DNA from: Nitrosococcus oceani ATCC 19707
Lineage (GTDB): Bacteria > Pseudomonadota > Gammaproteobacteria > Nitrosococcales > Nitrosococcaceae
Length of the DNA: 32,000 bases
Assembly (NCBI RefSeq): GCF_000012805.1
Contig: NC_007484.1
Coordinates: 2,040,001-2,072,000, forward strand
Direction of reading: 5' to 3'
Of the stretch, positions 1 through 6,966 are shown piece by piece (position 1 is the stretch's first letter; every line of letters starts with the position of its first letter). The position numbers were made by a program, and so were the translations under genes. The notes under the pieces were generated by a model, which saw only the letters and a program-made list of their open reading frames with translations, was not told where the DNA came from and ran no database searches.

Positions 1-2946
1 ATTGTTGGCCAGGGCATCGTAGAAGGCTACTTCATCCGGGTTCAGGCCCAGGGCTTCGTCGCGCTCCAGTTCCGCCTGGAATTGCTTGGCCATGGCGATC
101 AGCTCTTCTATCACCTGGGCGGTTTCAATGCCCCGGTTGTTGTATTGGCGCAGGGTCTCTTGCAGCCGATCAGCGTATTTCTTCTCCTGCACCACGTTAT
201 TGCGGGTTTTGGCCTTGATGTTGTCTTTCAGCAGCTTTTCCAGTAGCTCCACGGCGAAATTCTTGTAAGGCATCCGCCGCACGTCTTCGAGGAATTCCTC
301 CGAGAGCAGGCCGATGTTAGGTTTATCTAATCCGCACAACGCAAACACGTCGGTCACGCCTTCCGCCACCAGGGCATTGTCCAGGATCTGCTTGAGGGCG
401 GAATTTTTTTCCTCCTGGGTCAATTTCTTGTCCACGCGGGTGTGCTTGGTAAGGGCAGCCTTCACCGCCGATAGGAAAGCGACCTCCTTATGATAGGCCC
501 GGGCCTCCTCCAGGGTGCCACACAAAGAGTAGGCCATATTCACAGCAAGAATCGTATCGAGGAAACGCTTCTTACCGCCCTCAAGGCTCAATATATAGTT
601 GGCGGTGGGAATCAGCAATCGGGTCGCCTCATGCTCAAAGCTGCTGTAATCAAAGCCAGCATTTTGGGGTGTCTTGGCAAACAGCCCGTGGATAATGTCC
701 AGCTTCTCCAGCAGCACGGCAAAGGCTTCTTCCGCGCTGTGGGTCGGCTCGCCCTTGCCCTTGGCGTCGGTATAGGTTTTCAGGGCTTGCTTGAGCGCAT
801 TGGCGATACCGATATAGTCCACCACCAGCCCGCCGGGCTTGTTCTTGAACACCCGGTTGACGCGGGCAATGGCCTGCATCAGGTTATGGCCTTTCATGGG
901 CTTGTCCACATACATGGTATGGCAGCAAGGGGCGTCAAAGCCGGTGAGCCACATATCCCGCACAATCACCAGCTTGAGGGGATCATAGATGTCCTTGAAG
1001 CGCTTCTCCAGTCGTTTCTTGGTCTGCTGGTTGTAAAGGTGCGGTTGCAACAAGGGCCTGTCAGAGGCGGAGCCAGTCATCACAATCTTGATGGCCCCTT
1101 TCTCCGGGTCCGGGTCGTGCCAGTCCGGGCGCAGGGCGACAATCTCATTATACAGATGCACGCAAATCTCCCGGCTCATGGCCACGATCATGGCTTTACC
1201 GTCCATGGACTGAGAGCGGATTTCAAAGTGCCGCACCAGATCGGCAGCCACCTGCTTAAGCCGCGGCCCAGACCCCACCAGCTTTTCCAGGCGGCTCCAC
1301 TCGCCCTTGGTTTTTTCCCGCTGGCCGAGGTCTTCCTCATCCTCCACCACTGCTTCCACTTGGTCGGATAATTTCTCAATCAGCTCCCGGTTGATATCCA
1401 ATTTGGCCAGCCGGGATTCGTAATAGATGGGCACGGTAGCCCCATCGTCCACCGCATCCTGAATGTCATAGATGGACACATAATCGCCGAACACGGCGCG
1501 GGTATCCTTATCTTCATTGGCAATGGGGGTACCGGTAAAACCGATAAAGGAGGCATTGGGCAGGGCATCGCGCATGTGCTTGGCGTAGCCGAAGGTGTAG
1601 CGGCCATCCTTCTTCAGGGTGGCCTTAAGGCCGTACTGACTGCGGTGAGCCTCGTCGGAAATCACCACGATATTATGGCGGTCGTTGAGAATGGGATGAT
1701 CGTTCTCCCCATCCAGCAGGGCGAATTTCTGCACCGTGGTGAAGATAATGCCACCGGATGCCCGCTCGGCCAGCAAGCGGCGCAGGGTATCCCGGTCTTC
1801 CGCCTGCACCGGTTCCTGCTTCAGCAGTTCCTTGGCGGCGCTGAAGGTGGCGAAGAGTTGGCCGTCCAGATCGTTGCGGTCGGTGACCACCATCAGGGTC
1901 GGGTTGTTCATCTCGGGCTGTTGCAGCAGCTTGCCCGCGTAGCAGCACATGGAAAGACTCTTGCCGGACCCCTGGGTGTGCCAGACCACGCCGGCCTTTT
2001 TGCTGCCCGGCACCAGGTCATCGGCGTAGGTGGCGCGCTTTTCACCGGCCCAGCGCTGCCTGGGCTCCTGGGCGGCAATCACGGTGGCCTTCACCGCTTC
2101 CCGCACCGCGTGGAACTGGTGATAACCGGCAATCTTCTTGCTCAGGCGACCGGAATCCGTCTCGAAAATGACGAAATAACGAAGGTAATCCAGGAACAAT
2201 TCCCGATCGAAGAAACCCCGCACCAGGGTTTCCAACTGCCAGTCCAGCAGGGGCTTGTCGTCCTCGTGCTTGAGAGTGCGCCAGGGCATAAAGCGCTCCT
2301 GGTTGGCCGTAAGCGAACCCACCCGGGCATGGTAGCCGTCGCTGATTACCAGCGCCTCGTTAAAGACGAACAGCTCGGGGATTTCGTCCTTGTAAGTCTG
2401 AAGCTGATGGAAGGCATCCCAGATGTCCACATTCTCGGCATGGGGGCTTTTCAGCTCCAGCACCGCCAAGGGCAGGCCATTGATAAAGCAAATAATATCC
2501 GGGCGGCGCAGTTGCTTGCTCCCCAAGAGGGTGAACTGATTGATGGCCCGGAAGCGGTTGGCGTTCAGATCATCGAAATCGATCAGCAACGCCCGGTCGT
2601 GGACTATTTTCTCTTCCCTTTCCCTCACCCCGGCCCTCTCCCAGGGGGAGAGGGAGGATAGGGTCTTGTATTCAACCGGCACCCCTTCCAGCAGTAACCG
2701 GTGAAAGGCTCGATTGCTGACCACGGTATCCAGGCTTTCGGGCTTACCAACCACCGCCACTACCTGCTCGATACAGCTTTCCGGCAAGTGGGGGTTGATG
2801 CGGCGAATGGCCGCTTCCAGATCGGCCAGTAACCATACTTGGCGGTAATCAGCACGCCCAGGCGCCAGATCGGAGCCGTGGGCCAGTTCCCAACCGCCCT
2901 CGGCAAACCAGGCCAGGCATTGTTGTTCCAGTTGCTCTTCGGTCAT
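1..2946 (-). CDS. hsdR: Type I restriction enzyme R subunit (HsdR); the C-terminus runs off the left edge of the window
   Basis: Absent from the ORF track because it has no stop codon inside the window. Hand translation of the minus strand from the ATG at 2946-2944 stays open to base 1 (982 codons). It begins [23 protein letters not shown]. It contains [12 protein letters not shown] (Walker A-like), [12 protein letters not shown] (DEAH box), [21 protein letters not shown] and QAIARVNR, which are typical SF2 helicase motifs of HsdR. The long plus-strand ORFs 490-1371 and 1576-2661 are its antisense shadows. Confidence 0.93.
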   Translation of the reverse strand, partial: MTEEQLEQQCLAWFAEGGWELAHGSDLAPGRADYRQVWLLADLEAAIRRINPHLPESCIEQVVAVVGKPESLDTVVSNRAFHRLLLEGVPVEYKTLSSLSPWERAGVREREEKIVHDRALLIDFDDLNANRFRAINQFTLLGSKQLRRPDIICFINGLPLAVLELKSPHAENVDIWDAFHQLQTYKDEIPELFVFNEALVISDGYHARVGSLTANQERFMPWRTLKHEDDKPLLDWQLETLVRGFFDRELFLDYLRYFVIFETDSGRLSKKIAGYHQFHAVREAVKATVIAAQEPRQRWAGEKRATYADDLVPGSKKAGVVWHTQGSGKSLSMCCYAGKLLQQPEMNNPTLMVVTDRNDLDGQLFATFSAAKELLKQEPVQAEDRDTLRRLLAERASGGIIFTTVQKFALLDGENDHPILNDRHNIVVISDEAHRSQYGLKATLKKDGRYTFGYAKHMRDALPNASFIGFTGTPIANEDKDTRAVFGDYVSIYDIQDAVDDGATVPIYYESRLAKLDINRELIEKLSDQVEAVVEDEEDLGQREKTKGEWSRLEKLVGSGPRLKQVAADLVRHFEIRSQSMDGKAMIVAMSREICVHLYNEIVALRPDWHDPDPEKGAIKIVMTGSASDRPLLQPHLYNQQTKKRLEKRFKDIYDPLKLVIVRDMWLTGFDAPCCHTMYVDKPMKGHNLMQAIARVNRVFKNKPGGLVVDYIGIANALKQALKTYTDAKGKGEPTHSAEEAFAVLLEKLDIIHGLFAKTPQNAGFDYSSFEHEATRLLIPTANYILSLEGGKKRFLDTILAVNMAYSLCGTLEEARAYHKEVAFLSAVKAALTKHTRVDKKLTQEEKNSALKQILDNALVAEGVTDVFALCGLDKPNIGLLSEEFLEDVRRMPYKNFAVELLEKLLKDNIKAKTRNNVVQEKKYADRLQETLRQYNNRGIETAQVIEELIAMAKQFQAELERDEALGLNPDEVAFYDALANN
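2616..2657. repeat. Solo copy of a GC-rich hairpin element (ccctttccctcaccccggccctctcccagggggagagggagg) inside hsdR
   Basis: It has the same sequence family as the head of the hsdM arrays at 7216-7252 and 8036-8070, and as the inverted copy at 7468-7510. It contains the inverted repeat ctctccc / gggagag. It is read through in frame as ...[19 protein letters not shown]... in the N-terminal region of HsdR. Confidence 0.7.
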
Positions 2947-2949
2947 TCC

Positions 2950-3963
2950 TCAGTCCTTATGCCCGGCGGGCTCCTTAAGCAGAATGAAATGCTCAATAAG
3001 CCGGATCATCAGGGTTTTCTGATCCGGCAAGCTTTCGGCCACCAGCAGCGCCAGGGCTACCAGGGTGTTGTCATTGATCAATTGTGCTACCGGTTTGGCT
3101 AATAGGTGCCGGTTGCGTTGCAGATACCACAAAAACAAAAATGAGCCTGTCCGTTTATTACCGTCCGCCAGGGGATGATTTTTGATCACAAAATAGAGCA
3201 AGTGGGCGGCGCGGCTTGCCACGTTCGGGTAGAACAACTCATCGCCAAAGCCCTGTTCAATGGTGGCCAAGGCCGAGGCCAACCCATCACCGCGAATCTG
3301 ACCAAACAGCTCGGTGGCTTCGTCCTTGGCGATCAAAGTTTGCTTAAGCTCGCTAATGGCCCGCAGCGCCTCATCCAGCGCTAGCGGCAGCATATCGGTC
3401 TGCTTAATGCCGATCTCTGTCAAATGTTGTTCATCATAACCCTGCAGCAGGCTCCAGGAGCGGGCGTAATCGCTGATTACTTGGGCCACGGCTTCGCCTT
3501 CGGCGGAAACCATGCCTTGGTTGGCGAGCGTGCGGCTGAGCAAATTCACCGCCTGCTCGAACTCGATGCCCCGCTCAGCTAAGCGGCGCTGGTTGAGGGT
3601 GTAGCCCTGTACCAGATGGTCTTTGAGGACTTGGGTGGCCCATTGGCGGAACTGGGTGGCGCGCTTGGAGCTGACCCGGTAACCCACGGAGATAATGGCA
3701 TCGAGATTGTAGTGTTTGATGCGGCGACGAACCTGTCGCGTGCCCTCCTGACGAACTACCGAGAAATCCTCGGTAGTTGCCGCTTCCTCCAGCTCACCTT
3801 CCTGATAGATGTTTTTCAGGTGTAAGCCAATATTGTCTGTCGAGGTATCGAACAATACTGACATCTGCGCCTGGCTCAACCACACCGTTCCCTGCTCCAG
3901 CGCCACTTCCAGCTGGGCCTGGCCATCGTTTGAGGTAAAAATCTGTATTTGCTGGTCATTCAT
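2950..3963 (-). CDS. RhuM-family protein with a C-terminal Fic/Doc-like domain
   Basis: The N-terminus (IQIFTSNDGQAQLEVALEQGTVWLSQAQMSVLF...YNLDAIISVGYRVSSKRATQFRQWAT) matches my recollection of the RhuM virulence-protein family. The C-terminus has HPLADGNKRTG, a Fic/Doc core motif of the Doc type (GNKR rather than GNGR). I prefer the ATG at 3963 (GAGG 9 nt upstream) to the ATG at 3978. The stop lies 3 nt before the hsdR ATG. Confidence 0.8.
   Translation of the reverse strand: MNDQQIQIFTSNDGQAQLEVALEQGTVWLSQAQMSVLFDTSTDNIGLHLKNIYQEGELEEAATTEDFSVVRQEGTRQVRRRIKHYNLDAIISVGYRVSSKRATQFRQWATQVLKDHLVQGYTLNQRRLAERGIEFEQAVNLLSRTLANQGMVSAEGEAVAQVISDYARSWSLLQGYDEQHLTEIGIKQTDMLPLALDEALRAISELKQTLIAKDEATELFGQIRGDGLASALATIEQGFGDELFYPNVASRAAHLLYFVIKNHPLADGNKRTGSFLFLWYLQRNRHLLAKPVAQLINDNTLVALALLVAESLPDQKTLMIRLIEHFILLKEPAGHKD
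3753..3867. repeat. 115-bp segment identical to 5209-5323; core of a longer diverged direct repeat (3551-3963 versus 5136-5419)
   Basis: Base-by-base comparison of the two rhuM N-terminal regions shows perfect identity from gaactaccgag to gacatctg. Flanking sequence is visibly diverged. Confidence 0.85.
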
Positions 3964-4048
3964 CGTTCGCGGCCTCATCTCCTTATCGGGCCAAAGATAG
4001 AATGGAAAGTCAGCGCCTCTAGGCTAACAACCACCAACAATCTCCCTG

Positions 4049-4076
4049 TTGACACTTATCAAAATATCCCTATACT
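4049..4076 (+). promoter_or_regulatory. Candidate sigma70-type promoter on the plus strand, pointing antisense into the 3' end of abi
   Basis: TTGACA (4049-4054), a 16-bp spacer, then TATACT (4071-4076). This is a sequence match only. No plus-strand gene follows it. Confidence 0.25.
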
Positions 4077-4154
4077 TCAATTTAATATGCCCGGCGCCTC
4101 TTCACAGTTTTCTGTGTACGCGTCGGCTCTCGTTTGTGGCCCTTTTTTCTCTCG

Positions 4155-5120
4155 CTAGCGCCATAGCTCCCACGTCTCCCAGCTTTCTGGCATTCCCATA
4201 TCCTGTAAGCTCACGGTGCCCGACACAGTCGCGGGAAATTCTTGCACCAATGCCTGAAAGCGCTGTGCCCACGTCGAATTGGGGCAGATATTTCGCAACA
4301 ACTTCTGGATCAGACAGAAATAGAAAAACGGTCGGGCGTTGCTCAGCGTTTGCCAATATGAATCATCGACCAGCGGTGCCGAACGCTCCAGCACGTTAAT
4401 GTTCCACAGGCGGCTGTGATGGGCGGATACGTTACGAATAAAATTCAGGCTACGCACCCACTCGGCCAGGGTACCACCATCTGTTGCCCCGTACTTGGCG
4501 GCGATCCGGCCCTTATCGGCTGGTTTCATCCCCGCATAGAGCTTAGACATCATGCCGAAATCCCAGACCTCGACAGCCACCCAAATCGGCAACTGGCCGT
4601 ACTTTTTGAGGTAATGCTCCACAAAAGGCTCGCGCCGGGCACGATGCAGATTCTGCTGGTATCTCTCAAGCCACACCTGATGCCATGTCTTGCCCTTGGC
4701 GTAACCCTTACGCTGAATCTGCTTGCTGAAATGGCCATGAAAGCAGTTAGGATTTTCATGGGCATGGATATCCTGCTTTCCCAGGAGGTGGGCGATATCC
4801 ACCCGCAAAGCCATCTCGATGCGTTCCAGGGCGTCCAGCGCCAGCAGCCGCAGCTTCTTATCGAATACGTAGAGTTGAACCACTTCCCGGAAATGGCTGC
4901 CTGCAACAAAGACGTTACTGCGGCGATCAGAAATCTTCCCCCCGTCACCCTGCTGGCGCTCAAGCTGTCGAAAGGGATACCAGTATCCACTGAGCCGGTA
5001 ATATCCGATGCGCTGAAGATAGCTCTTGGCGGCTTCGCAATCATCCACCTGTAACCCGCGCTCCATGAGGATTTCGAGCTGCTCCCCGAAGGGTTTCCAT
5101 GACTTAGGTGTTGGCGTCAC
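4155..5120 (-). CDS. Abi_2-family (AbiD/AbiF-like) abortive-infection protein
   Basis: 321-aa ORF with LQRIGYYRLSGYWYPF near the N-terminus and IRNVSAHHSRLWN near the C-terminus. I recognise both as conserved motifs of the Abi-like (Abi_2) family. The GTG start at 5120 overlaps the stop of the upstream rhuM remnant (GTGA). Confidence 0.8.
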   Translation of the reverse strand: MTPTPKSWKPFGEQLEILMERGLQVDDCEAAKSYLQRIGYYRLSGYWYPFRQLERQQGDGGKISDRRSNVFVAGSHFREVVQLYVFDKKLRLLALDALERIEMALRVDIAHLLGKQDIHAHENPNCFHGHFSKQIQRKGYAKGKTWHQVWLERYQQNLHRARREPFVEHYLKKYGQLPIWVAVEVWDFGMMSKLYAGMKPADKGRIAAKYGATDGGTLAEWVRSLNFIRNVSAHHSRLWNINVLERSAPLVDDSYWQTLSNARPFFYFCLIQKLLRNICPNSTWAQRFQALVQEFPATVSGTVSLQDMGMPESWETWELWR

Positions 5121-5419
5121 ACAGTGGCCTCCGTAGCCTGCTCAAACTCGATGCCACACTCAGTGTAGTGTTTGATGGGGCGGCGAACCTGCCGCTTTCC
5201 TTCTTGGCGAACTACCGAGAAATCCTCGGTAGTTGCCGCTTCCTCCAGCTCACCTTCCTGATAGATGTTTTTCAGGTGTAAGCCAATATTGTCTGTCGAG
5301 GTATCGAACAATACTGACATCTGACTTTGGATGAGCCACACTGTCTCCTGCTCCAGCGCCACTTCCAACTGGGCCTAGCCATCGTTTGAGGTGAAAATCT
5401 GTATTTGTTGATGCGTCAT
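5117..5419 (-). pseudogene. Degraded paralog of the N-terminal part of the RhuM-family gene
   Basis: From the ATG at 5419 it reads MTHQQIQIFTSNDG, then an in-frame TAG at 5377-5375 where the intact copy has CAG. An internal deletion of about 130 bp relative to 3580-3708 joins ...IKHY to ...GIEFEQA. Homology stops exactly at the abi start. Confidence 0.8.
5209..5323. repeat. 115-bp segment identical to 3753-3867
   Basis: See the 3753-3867 feature. Together the two copies form direct repeats bracketing abi. Confidence 0.85.
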
Positions 5420-5514
5420 AAGTTATTTCTTTCTTCCTTGAATGTGCTTGTGTGGATTACCTTATCCAATTTTCTTGTGAGCCGATTAGGTTAGCTATTC
5501 GGCTCAGAGGCCAG

Positions 5515-6966
5515 TCAGAGGAGGCTGTCCTCTGTGCAAGCGCTGACATCCATTTCGGATACCCGGCTTTCGGCGTCCGATATCGAAAGCTCACCGGAGA
5601 GGAGTTTGGGTAGGAGGGTGTCGCGTAATGTAGATAATGTGATTGATTCAAGCCGAAGCTCAATCTGCTTTTCCAGGATGTTACGTAAAGAGTTACCCGC
5701 GTCCGAGATAAGTTGCTCACAGGGAATAGCGCATAGAGCACGCTTCAGGTGTTCTCTTTTAATGTGCCCCATGGTGACGGCTTTGTCAGCTGCAATACGC
5801 TGAAAATCTTCAAGATGGTGCTGGGTGAAATGATAATAAAGCCATTTGGGGTGTGTTTCGGAGGTAACCTTAAATAGATGCTGGTTTAAGGCTGCTCTGC
5901 CTCCACACCATGTATCGACGAGTAGTGAGCCTGACCACGAAAAAACTACGTCGCCATTATCTATGATGCACTCGGGGTTGATATTTGGAGACGCTTTTTC
6001 TTCACCATCTGCATAGCCTTTTTTCAGTTGTGCGATTTTAACCACGGGCAGGTAGTCATTTTCATTCTCTGGCCTGAATTTTTGAAGAGCTAAGCCGTTT
6101 TTGTATTTGGCAATGTCATCGAGTGCGCGGCAACTCCACCCCTCCGGAATCTCCCCCAACTCACTATCTTGCATGGCCGACGGAAATAGCTCGGCGGTGG
6201 TGCGGAGTTGGGCGTATTGCTCGGGCTGTTCGGCCTGAAGGCGGGTGAGTTGTTCCGAGGATTTGCCGGAAATGGCCTGCATGGCGGCAAGCAGGGCGTC
6301 TTCCTGGCTGCCGCCGGCTTTCAGTGCGGCGATTTTGGCTTTGACCGGCTCGAAATCCACAAACCAACTTTTGAAGATGGCTTGGGCCATTTGTTCGAGG
6401 ATTTGGTTGATTTGGTGGTTTAGACTTATTTTGTCGCTAATGCTCCAAAGGATATTTGCAATGGACTGTTGCAGGTTAATTGGCGGTATTCTAGTTTCGT
6501 ATGAAGTTATTTTGTTTGGCGATGTGTGCAATATTTTTGTGCCAGTGGCACTTCCCGCCAAATAACGGTTGAAGTCATAAGAAAGAAAGACCCAATATAA
6601 AAAAGGCGCCCAAACTTTTTTGGGCTCTTTTACTATGAGCTTTCCCAACCGTTGGTTGTGAAGGTACACTTCATCGTCTTCTGGAATTATTCCCGGCAGT
6701 CCTAGAATTTCACCACCTGGGGTTTGGCACGTCATTGCAAGAAGAACATCGCCAGGTTGAAGTTGATACTCTTTGGGGTAGTCCTCTGTGTACCGCTTTA
6801 TTCTAGTGCTTGAAAAACGAAAACCACCGGAATAATCAAAGTTTCCAATTGCTACAACGATAGGTCCTTTGATCACACTCTCAGCCATGTGCTTTCCTTT
6901 GAAGGCCCAGCCATGCTTAATCTCTATCAACTTCGATAATGTCACGAGAGGCCACTCACAACTCAT
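5515..6966 (-). CDS. hsdS: Type I R-M specificity subunit (HsdS)
   Basis: It has the two-domain layout typical of HsdS. Two variable, lower-GC recognition regions are separated by a conserved helical region (QILEQMAQAIFKSWFVDFEPV...) and followed by a conserved C-terminal helix (RDTLLPKLLSGEL). The ATG at 6966 overlaps the hsdM stop (ATGAGTTGTGA). The ORF-track start at 7023 lies inside hsdM and is less likely. Confidence 0.85.
   Translation of the reverse strand: MSCEWPLVTLSKLIEIKHGWAFKGKHMAESVIKGPIVVAIGNFDYSGGFRFSSTRIKRYTEDYPKEYQLQPGDVLLAMTCQTPGGEILGLPGIIPEDDEVYLHNQRLGKLIVKEPKKVWAPFLYWVFLSYDFNRYLAGSATGTKILHTSPNKITSYETRIPPINLQQSIANILWSISDKISLNHQINQILEQMAQAIFKSWFVDFEPVKAKIAALKAGGSQEDALLAAMQAISGKSSEQLTRLQAEQPEQYAQLRTTAELFPSAMQDSELGEIPEGWSCRALDDIAKYKNGLALQKFRPENENDYLPVVKIAQLKKGYADGEEKASPNINPECIIDNGDVVFSWSGSLLVDTWCGGRAALNQHLFKVTSETHPKWLYYHFTQHHLEDFQRIAADKAVTMGHIKREHLKRALCAIPCEQLISDAGNSLRNILEKQIELRLESITLSTLRDTLLPKLLSGELSISDAESRVSEMDVSACTEDSLL

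Noticed and set aside
490-2661. Long plus-strand ORFs of 293 aa and 361 aa, plus several shorter ones.
   Set aside because: They lie antisense to a continuous, motif-rich hsdR frame. Their products are low-complexity (rich in G, L, H, Q, V) with no recognisable motifs. They are shadow ORFs typical of GC-rich coding DNA.
4416-5054. A 212-aa plus-strand ORF and a 164-aa alternative minus-frame ORF inside abi.
   Set aside because: The Abi_2 motifs identify the 4155-5120 frame as the real one. The others are overlapping shadow frames.
5479-5505. A hairpin gagccga-N13-tcggctc just downstream of the hsdS stop.
   Set aside because: The stem is 7 bp with a large loop and no U-tract on the minus strand. 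That is not enough to call a terminator between hsdS and the rhuM remnant.
6185-6210. A TAEL tetrapeptide in the HsdS central conserved region, reminiscent of the TAEL repeats that change specificity in EcoR124-type enzymes.
   Set aside because: Only a single copy is present and there is no nucleotide-level tandem repeat, so there is no evidence for repeat-number switching.
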